50,712 bases of DNA, from positions 1-50,712 of the forward strand of contig JAGVYE010000002.1 of the NCBI GenBank assembly GCA_018303445.1, given 5' to 3'. A program made the translations under genes and the position numbers. Below, piece after piece: positions 10,501 to 18,797 of this stretch. The stretch comes from Candidatus Woesearchaeota archaeon. GTDB taxonomy: Archaea > Nanobdellota > Nanobdellia > Woesearchaeales > GW2011-AR9. Below the pieces are notes generated by a model. It worked only from the letters and a program-made list of their open reading frames with translations. It ran no database searches and was not told the origin of the DNA. Position 1 is the stretch's first letter; each line of letters begins with the position of its first letter.

Positions 10501-11581
10501 TGACGGTAAACTGGGTGCTCATGGCACTATTGCTATTAGCACTTGGTGTTAGACCTACAGTACAAACTCCATTCGTGCAACTGGCAGGAGCGGTAATGCT
10601 GCCATTAGTAACATTCGTTACGGTAGCAGTTTCGGCTCTGTCTCCTACATCCGGATCAGTGTATTGAAGAATTACCGTTACCGCAGTATCTTCATTGGTT
10701 ATAGCGAGCGCATTCTGGGCAACAGGGGGATCGTTAGTATTGATGACAGTAACACTAAATTTTTGTCTGGCAGCGGGAGCTCCGCCATCACTTGCGGTTA
10801 TGGCGAGAAGGATAGTTGTTCCCACCTCACTATTCGTGGGAGTACCACTCAGAACTCTCGTAGTAGGATTGAAGGTTAACCATGAAGGTAAACTTTGGCT
10901 TCCAAAGGTAACGGGGTTATTTTCAGGATCTGTTGCAGTTACAGTATATGAGTACTGGGAATCTTCGTTTATCTGTGTAATGGGAGTAGATGTAAATACA
11001 GGAGGTCGATTGTTTTGAGTTCCTGGCGTCCCTCGATCTCCCGCGCCAAAAGTTGTAAGAGCAACTCCCCATCTATCGCCGTCATCATTAGATATTACAA
11101 AAGGAGTTTTTACTTGAGAAAATTCCATGGAAACACCGATAAGGTTAGGAAAAAATCGGTTATTGTATTCGACTCGATCTATTTCAGTCACACCATCACG
11201 CAGAATTATTTCATCCCCAGCATTCCCTAAGGTAAATCCGCTATATTGATAGGCGCAGATTACCCCCCCATTTGCCGCAGAATTGGAATTGCGGCATAAC
11301 ACTAGGTAGCCATTAGTGGGAATAAGAAGAGGACCGGCATTGTTTATAACATGGGATTCACCGCCGTTATCACTTATTGTCCAGCCATTAACATTTACGG
11401 CACTGGGGGCATCATTGTATAATTCAAACCATTCGCCATTAGAGTCAGATACAGCATTAGGGTCTTTCATGATTTCATTAATGAAAACCTCTCCCCAAGC
11501 AGCGGGAGCGGTAATAATCCCTAAAAGAAAAGCAATAAATAAAAGATTTAGGTGGTTTCTCATTTTATATGATGCCTCCAA
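7565..11581 (-). CDS. Large membrane-anchored surface protein (lamin-tail domain, cadherin/Ig repeats, CARDB-like, S-layer-like C-terminus)
   Basis: Signal peptide. VFINEIM.DP...GEWFELYN and GTPG (lamin-tail domain). PPVFTS/EDS.YSY/LPSWL and NDPP/NDAP cadherin-like repeats. Acidic C-terminal Ig domains and a C-terminal TM helix followed by KKK. Confidence 0.85.
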   Translation of the reverse strand: MEASYKMRNHLNLLFIAFLLGIITAPAAWGEVFINEIMKDPNAVSDSNGEWFELYNDAPSAVNVNGWTISDNGGESHVINNAGPLLIPTNGYLVLCRNSNSAANGGVICAYQYSGFTLGNAGDEIILRDGVTEIDRVEYNNRFFPNLIGVSMEFSQVKTPFVISNDDGDRWGVALTTFGAGDRGTPGTQNNRPPVFTSTPITQINEDSQYSYTVTATDPENNPVTFGSQSLPSWLTFNPTTRVLSGTPTNSEVGTTILLAITASDGGAPAARQKFSVTVINTNDPPVAQNALAITNEDTAVTVILQYTDPDVGDRAETATVTNVTNGSITAPASCTNGVCTVGLTPSANSNSAMSTQFTVNDGEANSNSAVITVNVNAVNDAPVIATVPPPAQAVEGVPFTGLLVAATDVDNTQAQLAISSTGSSLPSWLTVDPNNPLRFRGTPRQTDVGASRFPVRVTDGQDLSAPANLSITVLPALAINNVRLNQNAVTAGGNSQPVQPQQQISLAFNVINNLPHLITGITAQVSSPSGFTAQTQTPVNLAAGASQSITLTGAVHFTTLQGTYPVQIQIQGRDFIDNRRTYSDAFAFNLMVQQNPADVAITNIILADPNGITCKPSTNLIAELTNRGSNTENDVVVSVRGGNGLNLSLPSATISSNAQQTFTFVIPAGNLSNGPNQLTVTASYRSNSQQATQTTTIAKGPCIQSAEPATPNVVVGLGVSKQFRAILVDAAFINNLRWFVDNVEVAAAAGRDIFTFQQNMAGMYTVKAVMPGEERVWQVRVTDRPAATNLQTNIPPTGTINNRTNFNLQVENNFGKILFTDGINLDALVTADLLNLDNLITISDGIASVNSATNPFTGERAAITLKRAFTNPVIQVANGFNAQSGFADCPATRCMLVRNANGEFVFNVTGFSTYRVVAVQPADLQLPAEAVFDNAVRGQDANLNVTVKNVGTTERLTNIQIQFMNVDSRFSAQITNAPVNLNAGEQATIGLKVSVPSNQAAGKRIIGDIQVTAANSTGTPLSKTMPLFVKTQSFLSIKSIEINGKTSGDLQFEEENEIKVELENKYTKDIDDVSVTVEILDVDGEDLEKESDEFDLNKGDEEEVTLIFDLRGEDLEEEKYKVRVKVQGEADDGTEHEDEQEITIKVDRENHNIIITRTSLGASTLQCSRETNLQVTIKNVGKSDEEDLEVTVANSALGLNLRRTGIELDDFSGSDNEERLTFNLDFADAEPGNYQLALEVSRDGKTDEKQEIPLTIQECASLQRENKTTVVGTEPVRQITSTELQQQLAARQQEQQDNVVRASFRGSDQYILLLAGLVVLVFIALVLALVLLVVKKK

Positions 11582-11593
11582 TTAATTTTCAAA

Positions 11594-12985
11594 TTATTTT
11601 TTTACAAGCAAGATGATAAACAAGGCGATTAAGACAATAATGATAATGATCCCAACAATTAACATAGCGACGAGAACGTCTTCAGTCGTGTAAGGTTCTT
11701 CGACACTGCGAATGACGCCGGAAGAAGTTTCTGTAATCTTAGTGTTGGTTTCTTCCGTCCTTGTTTCACCATTTCCCCTCGCCGTGGCAGCTATTGTCGC
11801 GGTTTCACGTTGGGTTTTATTTTCATTTTCCTTATTTTCCGGCACTATTGGTTTTTCTGGAGATGTTCTCTCTGGGCATTTTTTAACTACAAGATTGAGA
11901 AACTCTTCATTAATTTCCTTAGTGCGGTCAATGAAAGGGATAAGGTCTAAACGATAAGTCTTGGCTTCAACATTCTTAGGCAAGTTGAAAGTAAAAGTTC
12001 TTCTCCAGGTATCATCGCCGTCATCAAATTCATCCAACTCGATATCAGGGATGTTTTCGTTAATTTTTAGTTCGCTGTTAAAGATAGCAAAACCGGCGTG
12101 TTCTTGATTGTCTGTACCATAATTTTTCAATTCGACATCCAGAGTAAAGCTCTCATCACAAGCTGTTAAAGAACTGGGAGATACCAGAGCTTTTGTAACA
12201 CGAAGATCATCACGGGCTCGACGGACATCAAGGCGTATTTTCTTTTCGATTTTGTATTTCACGTCCTTGCCATCTTCCCCTTCTAAGGTAAGTTCGATTT
12301 TGTAATCACCGACATCGGCATCTTCAGGGATTTTCCAGACTACAGTTACGGTTTTCTTTTCTTTTGCCGGTAAATCATCTAATTCATATTCTTCCTCAAA
12401 ATCGCGAGGGAAGAGGTCACTATCGTCAGCATCAACCGTTAATTCCATATTCTCGATCTCGCTTTCTTCATAATCTTCGTCATCAAATCGATTTTCAATT
12501 TCTATTTCGAGCGTAATTTCCGAGCCTGGTCTCACTTTTCGATCGAGGGAAAATTCACTGGTGTTGCCGTCAGCATCAAAATCTTCGTCGCGCTCATCAC
12601 CATCTTCATCAACATATTCGGCTTTAATTTCTTTTATAACGAGCATAGAAGCAGTATTTTGGACTAAAGCAGCACGATCGATTTCAGTATTATTTGTTTC
12701 TTTGATAATGATGTTCCCGATGTTAGCTGTTCCCGGGTTTTGACGGTGAGTTACATTGATGCGAAAGGGCACGGTTTGGGTTGAACCGGCAGTTATCGTT
12801 ACATTTGGGACTGGTTCTGCGCTATAGCCTGTGGGAAGTCCTTCCAGTGAAACTTGAACAGTGCGGGCTGTAGCATCTGTATTTTGAATGACAAAATTGG
12901 AAGCTATGGGAATTGTTCTTTCGTCTTCTTGATCAAACTCTTGATAATCAACATTAAGAGTCAAGGAATCTTGCTGAATAGTCAC
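11594..12985 (-). CDS. Putative S-layer / cell-surface glycoprotein
   Basis: Acidic Ig-like domains paralogous to the C-terminal third of the neighbouring 1338-aa protein, a Thr/Glu linker and a C-terminal TM helix + KK. An in-frame signal peptide extends to ~13055 without a canonical start codon (see findings). Confidence 0.8.
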   Translation of the reverse strand: MTIQQDSLTLNVDYQEFDQEDERTIPIASNFVIQNTDATARTVQVSLEGLPTGYSAEPVPNVTITAGSTQTVPFRINVTHRQNPGTANIGNIIIKETNNTEIDRAALVQNTASMLVIKEIKAEYVDEDGDERDEDFDADGNTSEFSLDRKVRPGSEITLEIEIENRFDDEDYEESEIENMELTVDADDSDLFPRDFEEEYELDDLPAKEKKTVTVVWKIPEDADVGDYKIELTLEGEDGKDVKYKIEKKIRLDVRRARDDLRVTKALVSPSSLTACDESFTLDVELKNYGTDNQEHAGFAIFNSELKINENIPDIELDEFDDGDDTWRRTFTFNLPKNVEAKTYRLDLIPFIDRTKEINEEFLNLVVKKCPERTSPEKPIVPENKENENKTQRETATIAATARGNGETRTEETNTKITETSSGVIRSVEEPYTTEDVLVAMLIVGIIIIIVLIALFIILLVKK

Positions 12986-13210
12986 AACTGCAGAAGAAAA
13001 ACTAGTAATTAGTAACAGAGTTAAGATCGTAATGAGTAATAATTTAATTTTAACCGACCCCCATTTGTTTTTCTATTTTCAAGTAGTTACTCTTATTTAA
13101 ATGTTTTGGAAATTTCAGAAATTTGCCAAGTTATTGTGTTATCAGATAGTAGTGAATAGAACGTTATTGAAAAAATAAAAAAGGGAGTTTATGGCGTTCC
13201 TTTCTCTTCT

Positions 13211-13741
13211 CTACTTACTCCCCATATAGAAAAACTTCTCAATGGAAACGTCTTCCGCTTTGAAGTTTCCAGAACGAGGATGGGAAGATTTAGAGGCCGC
13301 TTCAGTAGGCGTTCGGGGATTGCCTTCCACACTTACTTTTTCTTCTTTCTGTATCTGAGACTGCTGTTTTACTTCTTCTACAGTGGGAAGACGATGATAT
13401 GTTACTTTTGTACGTAATTCGGCCATCTCTTTTTCTAAGGACATTACTTTCTCTTGAAACTCTTTAATTTTTTTAACCATAAAGTCGGCATTTTGTTTCA
13501 GAATTTCTTTTATTTCATCAGGATTTAAACTCACATCGCTTCTTTCTTCTTTTGATTCTTTCGGCTGCTGCTCTTTTCCTACTTCCTGCCAGGTTTCCTT
13601 AAAAGAATCATATTCGCTTATTTCCTGCCGGCGGAAAACCTTCTCGGCCTGGGTTACGGCCTCATCTCTGGATGTTGCCAAACCTTGGCGCATTAAATCC
13701 AGAGCGAGTTTGTTTATTTTTTGAATTCGTTCAACATCCAT
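13211..13741 (-). CDS. Hypothetical coiled-coil protein
   Basis: 176 aa with GAGGCGA RBS, a central coiled coil and C-terminal HPRSGN...DVSIEKFFY. Confidence 0.75.
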   Translation of the reverse strand: MDVERIQKINKLALDLMRQGLATSRDEAVTQAEKVFRRQEISEYDSFKETWQEVGKEQQPKESKEERSDVSLNPDEIKEILKQNADFMVKKIKEFQEKVMSLEKEMAELRTKVTYHRLPTVEEVKQQSQIQKEEKVSVEGNPRTPTEAASKSSHPRSGNFKAEDVSIEKFFYMGSK

Positions 13742-13898
13742 AGGTAATCGCCTCTTTTCCTGAAATTTGTGAAAAAGACGAGCAACAAGGAAGTTATAAT
13801 ATTTTCTATTCTGGCAGATATATATCTTATCTTGGTTAAAAAGTAAGTCTCTGCTGATATCTTTCCAAGATCAGGATCCTTTCTCTACTCATAAAGTT

Positions 13899-14042
13899 CT
13901 ATTTATAGAGAAAACTGAGGAAATCTGGAGTGACGCCTTTCGCTCCCAAGAAGACGAGGGCCAGCGCAACAATAATCCCTAAAATCATGCCCATAAGGAA
14001 GAACTTCAGTTCAATGGCACCTAATTGACCTTTTTTTTCCAT
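13899..14042 (-). CDS. Small class III signal peptide (pilin-like) membrane protein, 47 aa, not in ORF track
   Basis: Translated by hand: MEKKGQLGAIELKFFLMGMILGIIVALALVFLGAKGVTPDFLSFLYK*. KKG/Q cleavage motif plus hydrophobic helix, with a TATA box ~25 nt upstream. Confidence 0.75.
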   Translation of the reverse strand: MEKKGQLGAIELKFFLMGMILGIIVALALVFLGAKGVTPDFLSFLYK

Positions 14043-14063
14043 GAAAGAGAGAAAAGTTTTCTG

Positions 14064-14111
14064 GTATATAAAGGTTTCTATCTTCTCTGCCAGAACCGAA
14101 AACTTTATAAA
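14064..14111. promoter_or_regulatory. Divergent archaeal BRE-TATA promoters (small pilin-like gene / tfb)
   Basis: Minus strand GAAACC-TTTATATA (14078-14065). Plus strand CCGAAAAC-TTTATAAA (14096-14111). Confidence 0.65.
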
Positions 14112-14167
14112 GCAAACTCCAAACTACTTATTTTTATACTTTACCAAGTGGTAATAATTTCCCGACC

Positions 14168-15094
14168 ATGATTCGAAAAACCACGATTAAAGAATGCCCG
14201 GAATGTGCCAGCAAGAATATTTTTCGAAATGTGGAAAGGGGTGAAACCATCTGCCGTGATTGTGGTTTAGTTATTGAAGATCGCATGGTGGATTTTTCTC
14301 AAGAATGGCGTGATTTTGAAGAAGATGGAGAAGGCAGTAAAAGAAGAACAGGAGCACCATCCTCTCAAACGCAGTTTGATCAAGGATTAGGAACAGAGGT
14401 AGGAACAACTTCAGACTTTTATAAATTAGGCTCTGATAGAGAAAGGGATAAGTTTTTCCGGCTTCGTAAATGGAACATTCGTATTAGTACGGCGATCGAG
14501 CGAAACTTGAAAGTAGCATTGGCAGAATTGAAACGCGTAAGCTCCTTCTTACGATTGCCTCGTTCTGTAGAAGAAGAAGCGGCACGAATTTATCGTTTAG
14601 CGGTTCAGAAAGGATTAGTGCGAGGAAGGTCTATGGAATCAGTCATTGCGGGTGCGTTATATGCTGCTTGCAGACGACATGAAATTCCGCGTACCTTGGA
14701 TGAGATGGGAGAAGCATCAGGAATTGAAAAGAAGGAAATTGGACGGACGTATCGCTTTGTTACCAGAGAATTAGAGATTAGCATTAAACCTAGCAATCCG
14801 GCAGATTATATCCCCCGCTTTGCTTCCGCTCTGAAATTAAGCCCAGAGACGCAGTCAAAGTCTGTAGAAATTCTGGAGATGGCACGTGATATTGAACTAA
14901 CTTCGGGGCGAGGACCTACCGGAATTGCCGCCGCGGCATTATATGTTGCATCTTTAATTCATGGAGAGAAAAGAACGCAGCGGGAAGTGGCAGATGTGGC
15001 GGGAGTGACAGAAGTCACAATACGAAACAGATATAAAGAATTGATTAAGAAATTAAAGTTAACGAAGCAAGTTGAGAAAGTAAAGAAGAAGTGA
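14168..15094 (+). CDS. tfb: Transcription initiation factor IIB
   Basis: CPEC..C.DCG zinc ribbon, EWRDF, RTGAP, two cyclin repeats (GLVRGRS, GRGPTGIAAAALY) and EVTIRNRYKEL. Confidence 0.98.
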   Translation: MIRKTTIKECPECASKNIFRNVERGETICRDCGLVIEDRMVDFSQEWRDFEEDGEGSKRRTGAPSSQTQFDQGLGTEVGTTSDFYKLGSDRERDKFFRLRKWNIRISTAIERNLKVALAELKRVSSFLRLPRSVEEEAARIYRLAVQKGLVRGRSMESVIAGALYAACRRHEIPRTLDEMGEASGIEKKEIGRTYRFVTRELEISIKPSNPADYIPRFASALKLSPETQSKSVEILEMARDIELTSGRGPTGIAAAALYVASLIHGEKRTQREVADVAGVTEVTIRNRYKELIKKLKLTKQVEKVKKK

Positions 15095-15114
15095 AGAAGA
15101 GTTTCTGATAGCTG

Positions 15115-15834
15115 TTGTTTTTAGCAATGAAATTTACATTACAAGAAGCTTTGGATCATTATGAATTGTTTGTATTTAACTATACACCAAAATTACGTAT
15201 TGTTGGAGCTTATCACGCTTTAAACGAACAAGATAAAAGAGATTTAGAACAACTCGTTTCTGAGAGTAGTTTCGTAGCTTTAGAATACGATAGAGACAGG
15301 TTAGAAAATACACACCCAGTGTTAGTCGCAAGAAGAAGACAACTGGCCGCACAGCGTGGGTTAGTACTTCCTCCCTATGAGGCAAGCGTAGGGAGATTAG
15401 ATACAGGATTTTTCGATGATCTCTTGCTAAACTTTTTTGTTAAATATAATTATAGATGCGCTAGACAATATAATAAGAAACTCGCAAGAGAGCGAGAGGT
15501 GAAAGATGATAGTGAGAATGAAGTTTTTTTTTGTTACGATACGGCAATGAGACAAGGAAAAAGAATACATCTCGTAGATATGCCTTGGAATGAATTATTT
15601 CAGAGACTAATAGACCTTCCTCTCGAAATCAGAATTAATTGGATGTGGACGATGATGAAAGGTGGATCATATCCTCCAGAAGTTCAGGAGATTATACGAA
15701 AAGATCGGGAAGAGTATATACTCACAAAGATCGAACAAGAAGGGGGATGTCCCCTCTATGAATTGGAACAAGGAATTTTTGTAGTGGGCATGACGCACGC
15801 AGAAAATTATTATAAATCTCTACCACAAATGTGA
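15115..15834 (+). CDS. TraB/PrgY (Tiki)-like domain protein
   Basis: VGAYH, VALEYDRDR, HLVD, KDREEYI and FVVGMTH match the TraB-family motif order. Confidence 0.55.
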   Translation: MFLAMKFTLQEALDHYELFVFNYTPKLRIVGAYHALNEQDKRDLEQLVSESSFVALEYDRDRLENTHPVLVARRRQLAAQRGLVLPPYEASVGRLDTGFFDDLLLNFFVKYNYRCARQYNKKLAREREVKDDSENEVFFCYDTAMRQGKRIHLVDMPWNELFQRLIDLPLEIRINWMWTMMKGGSYPPEVQEIIRKDREEYILTKIEQEGGCPLYELEQGIFVVGMTHAENYYKSLPQM

Positions 15835-15871
15835 CATAAAAATTATAAAAGAAGTTAAAATAAGACTTCTT

Positions 15872-16921
15872 ATGCAACTCACTCCTGAAATCAAAGCGCA
15901 AATCGAAGAACAAAAGAAGCAATGCGTTTTCTGTAAAGTTATTAGCAAAGAAATGGAAGGACAGATTGTCTTTGAAGATGATAAGACTATTGCTCTTTTA
16001 GATATTTATCCTGCTGTTAAAGGCCATACTGTGTATATGTTGAAAGAACATTATCCTCTCCCTTCATTTATTCCGGCAGAAGATTTCATTCATAAATTTG
16101 GACTGATACCGCAGCTGGCAAAAGCGGTGAAGGAAGGAATACTTACCACAGGAGTGAATGTTTTTATTTCATTAGGCGGAGTAGCCGGGCAACAATCACC
16201 GCATTTTCTGGCTCATCTCCTACCGAGAGAACGAGACGATAAGTTTTACAATTTTGAATTTAAGAAGGGAAAACAAATCGAAGAAGAGAAAGGGAAAGTG
16301 TTAGTTCAGAATTTTCCTTTGATGATGGCCAATTTCTTCCAACGTTCCCCTGCGCCATGGCATCAGGGACCAGGAAATGTGCCTGGATTTCTTACACCCA
16401 TCTACGAAAAGGCGAAAGTTCTTTACGAAGATGAAAGAGTTCTTTGTCTTCTTTCTTCTTTGCCAGCCGTTCCTGGCCATCTCGAAATATACAGTAAAGA
16501 AGCGGAGCGCAACATTGAAGAATTATCGCCGGAAAGTTCAGCGCATCTTTTTTTCACCGCTTCTTTAGCCGCAACTCTGATTTTTGAAGCCTTGGGGGTG
16601 CAAGGAACTAATATTCTTCTCAAGTCTGGATTTTCAGACGATAATCCAAAAGGAAGACTGGTTATTAATATTCTACCGCGAAAACAGAATGATGCTTTAC
16701 AGAATATAATCTGGCAACCACAGCAGCCAACCTATGATGTCAAGGAAATCGCCAAAAGAATTAAAGATTATTCCTGGAAAGTTAAGTATAAGAAAAAAGA
16801 ACTGGAGAGGAAACCAGGAATGATAAGCACGAAGCCGATAGTTTTTTCTGAAAGAAAAGAAGAGAAGAGAATTTATAGTGTTGACGAGGAAATAAGGAAG
16901 GCGATTGAAAGAGTTAAGTGA
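15872..16921 (+). CDS. Tandem HIT-domain protein with degenerate triad
   Basis: CVFCK, FEDD..IALLDIYPA..GH and GQQSPHFLAHLLPR in the first repeat. Second repeat has YEDE..PAVPGH..INILPR. Confidence 0.8.
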   Translation: MQLTPEIKAQIEEQKKQCVFCKVISKEMEGQIVFEDDKTIALLDIYPAVKGHTVYMLKEHYPLPSFIPAEDFIHKFGLIPQLAKAVKEGILTTGVNVFISLGGVAGQQSPHFLAHLLPRERDDKFYNFEFKKGKQIEEEKGKVLVQNFPLMMANFFQRSPAPWHQGPGNVPGFLTPIYEKAKVLYEDERVLCLLSSLPAVPGHLEIYSKEAERNIEELSPESSAHLFFTASLAATLIFEALGVQGTNILLKSGFSDDNPKGRLVINILPRKQNDALQNIIWQPQQPTYDVKEIAKRIKDYSWKVKYKKKELERKPGMISTKPIVFSERKEEKRIYSVDEEIRKAIERVK

Positions 16922-16960
16922 AGAAGTTACGGAAGAAATAGAAAAGAGTTTTCCTCACTT

Positions 16961-17527
16961 TTGATAAGAGGTTTTCGTGAGAGACCAGAAGATTATGCAC
17001 AAGCATGGTTAAGTGGAGATGGTTATCAAGTTTGGTCTTTTCAAGCTCCAAAAATATTGCAAGCTTTGTGGAGTAACCAATACACTGCGTGGGGAGAAGA
17101 TGGTATGCCATTTGATAAATCTCTTCCAAGAGCTGGATTTGTAACAGATAAAGTTCGTGAGCTTTATAGAGAATTTGTTGCTGGTTTAGAAATTAACGAA
17201 CGATCTTTGAATCTAGTAGTTGCTCCTATTCATAGCGGGGGACAGAAAGGGTTGTATGGAACTTGGAGAATGTTTACTGGAAGTGAAGGAGACTTCTTTT
17301 TTGTTGTTGAAGAACATAGAAAAGACGAAGGAACTTTAGTTATTCCATCAGCATACTTTGTAAAAGGTCGTGTTAATGAATTCTTGAGCTTTGAAAAAAT
17401 TAGGAAAATTTGTGCTTCTAACAACGTTGAATTAGGAGAAGAAAGAAAAAAAGATTATGCTCGAGTTGATCAGGCTATTAATTTGAGAGACTTTGGAAGA
17501 GCATATGAAACGTTAGTAGATAGATAG
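16961..17527 (+). CDS. Hypothetical protein
   Basis: 188-aa ORF filling the gap between genes. Start codon uncertain. Confidence 0.55.
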   Translation: MIRGFRERPEDYAQAWLSGDGYQVWSFQAPKILQALWSNQYTAWGEDGMPFDKSLPRAGFVTDKVRELYREFVAGLEINERSLNLVVAPIHSGGQKGLYGTWRMFTGSEGDFFFVVEEHRKDEGTLVIPSAYFVKGRVNEFLSFEKIRKICASNNVELGEERKKDYARVDQAINLRDFGRAYETLVDR

Positions 17528-17639
17528 TGGGATCCCTTAATTTCTTTTATTTTTTGGAAGTGCCATTATTTTACTGAGATTAATAAAAAAAGTAGGCTTT
17601 AATCGCTGTTTACTCTCACTCCTTTGTGAACACTACCAA

Positions 17640-18632
17640 TTATTCTTGGGTAATCAGCTTCTTTACGACTTCAATATCTTTTTTCACAAACCGAACCCCT
17701 TTCCGTTCCACGATTTTTGAGGCTAGTAATGATCCTAAGCGCCCTGCTTTTTCTAACGGCCAGCCTTGACAGTACCCATAGAGAAATCCGGCCGAATAGG
17801 TATCTCCAGCGCCAGTAGTGTCGATGGCTTTTGTAGGTACAGCATCGATGTTCAAAATTTGAGAATGGTGATGAATGAGAGAACCTCGTTCACCTCGTTT
17901 TATAACTGCAATGTCAACGTCTTTTCCTAATGCTACAACCGCGCTCTTTTCTGCCAATCCTGTAAAATCGCGGGCTTCCAGCTCATTGGCAAATAAAATG
18001 CCAACATATTCCGTCACAAATTCATGGAGAAAAGTTTCATTTCGGCGAATTACGCCGCTATCAGACAAATCAAAGGCAATTTTAGTATGATGTTTCTTCG
18101 CCAGTTCAGCGGCGTAAAGAAGAGTTTTCCTAGTTTTGCCTTCAACTTGATATCCTTCCAACAATAATACTTTACTTTTCGAAATGTCGTCTTCCAGAAT
18201 GTCTTCTTGGTATAATTCAACGGAAGCGCCAAGATGGACAGAAAAAGTTCTTTCGGCATCAGGAGTGATAAAAGTAAAGGTGTGGCCAGTAACTTTAGAA
18301 ATACTCTGCACTTTCGTTTTCACGCCGTGCTTTTTCATTTCCTGCAGATAAATTTTTCCATGAATATCTTTTCCAATCTTGCCGCAGAGAAGAACGTGAG
18401 CACCTAATAATCCAAGACAGCGGGAAGTATTTCCTGCTGATCCGCCAGGAAGACGATCCATTTTTAATTTCTGCCGCTGTAAATTATCTAAGATTCTTTT
18501 AGCTTGGTCTTCATCAACGAAATGAGTTTCGCCTTTCTTGAGATTCATCTCCAACAGTTTTTGATCATCGATTTCAGTAATAAAATCCATTAACGCGTTT
18601 CCTAAGGCGAAGACGTCGGTTGTTTTTTCCAT
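17640..18632 (-). CDS. PfkB-family kinase, probable adenosine kinase
   Basis: GNALMD, GGSAGNT, TPDAERT, FANE.E and DTTGAGD motifs. Lies directly downstream of ahcY. Confidence 0.88.
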   Translation of the reverse strand: MEKTTDVFALGNALMDFITEIDDQKLLEMNLKKGETHFVDEDQAKRILDNLQRQKLKMDRLPGGSAGNTSRCLGLLGAHVLLCGKIGKDIHGKIYLQEMKKHGVKTKVQSISKVTGHTFTFITPDAERTFSVHLGASVELYQEDILEDDISKSKVLLLEGYQVEGKTRKTLLYAAELAKKHHTKIAFDLSDSGVIRRNETFLHEFVTEYVGILFANELEARDFTGLAEKSAVVALGKDVDIAVIKRGERGSLIHHHSQILNIDAVPTKAIDTTGAGDTYSAGFLYGYCQGWPLEKAGRLGSLLASKIVERKGVRFVKKDIEVVKKLITQE

Positions 18633-18797
18633 TTCAAATGACCGGAAAATACCTTATTGAGGAGAGGCTTTTAAGGATTTCGTTGGACAATTATCTCTTT
18701 TCGTGTTTCTCAAGGAGGTTTTGTATTCTTTCTCTTTCTTTTCTTGAAAATTTGGAAAAAAATCCAGATCAGAAAAATCTTTAAAGAATATTTAGTC

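Noticed and set aside
7911-11585. Numerous antisense ORFs within large genes (also throughout 31-40 kb and 44-50 kb)
   Set aside because: They are shadow frames of well-supported genes on the opposite strand.
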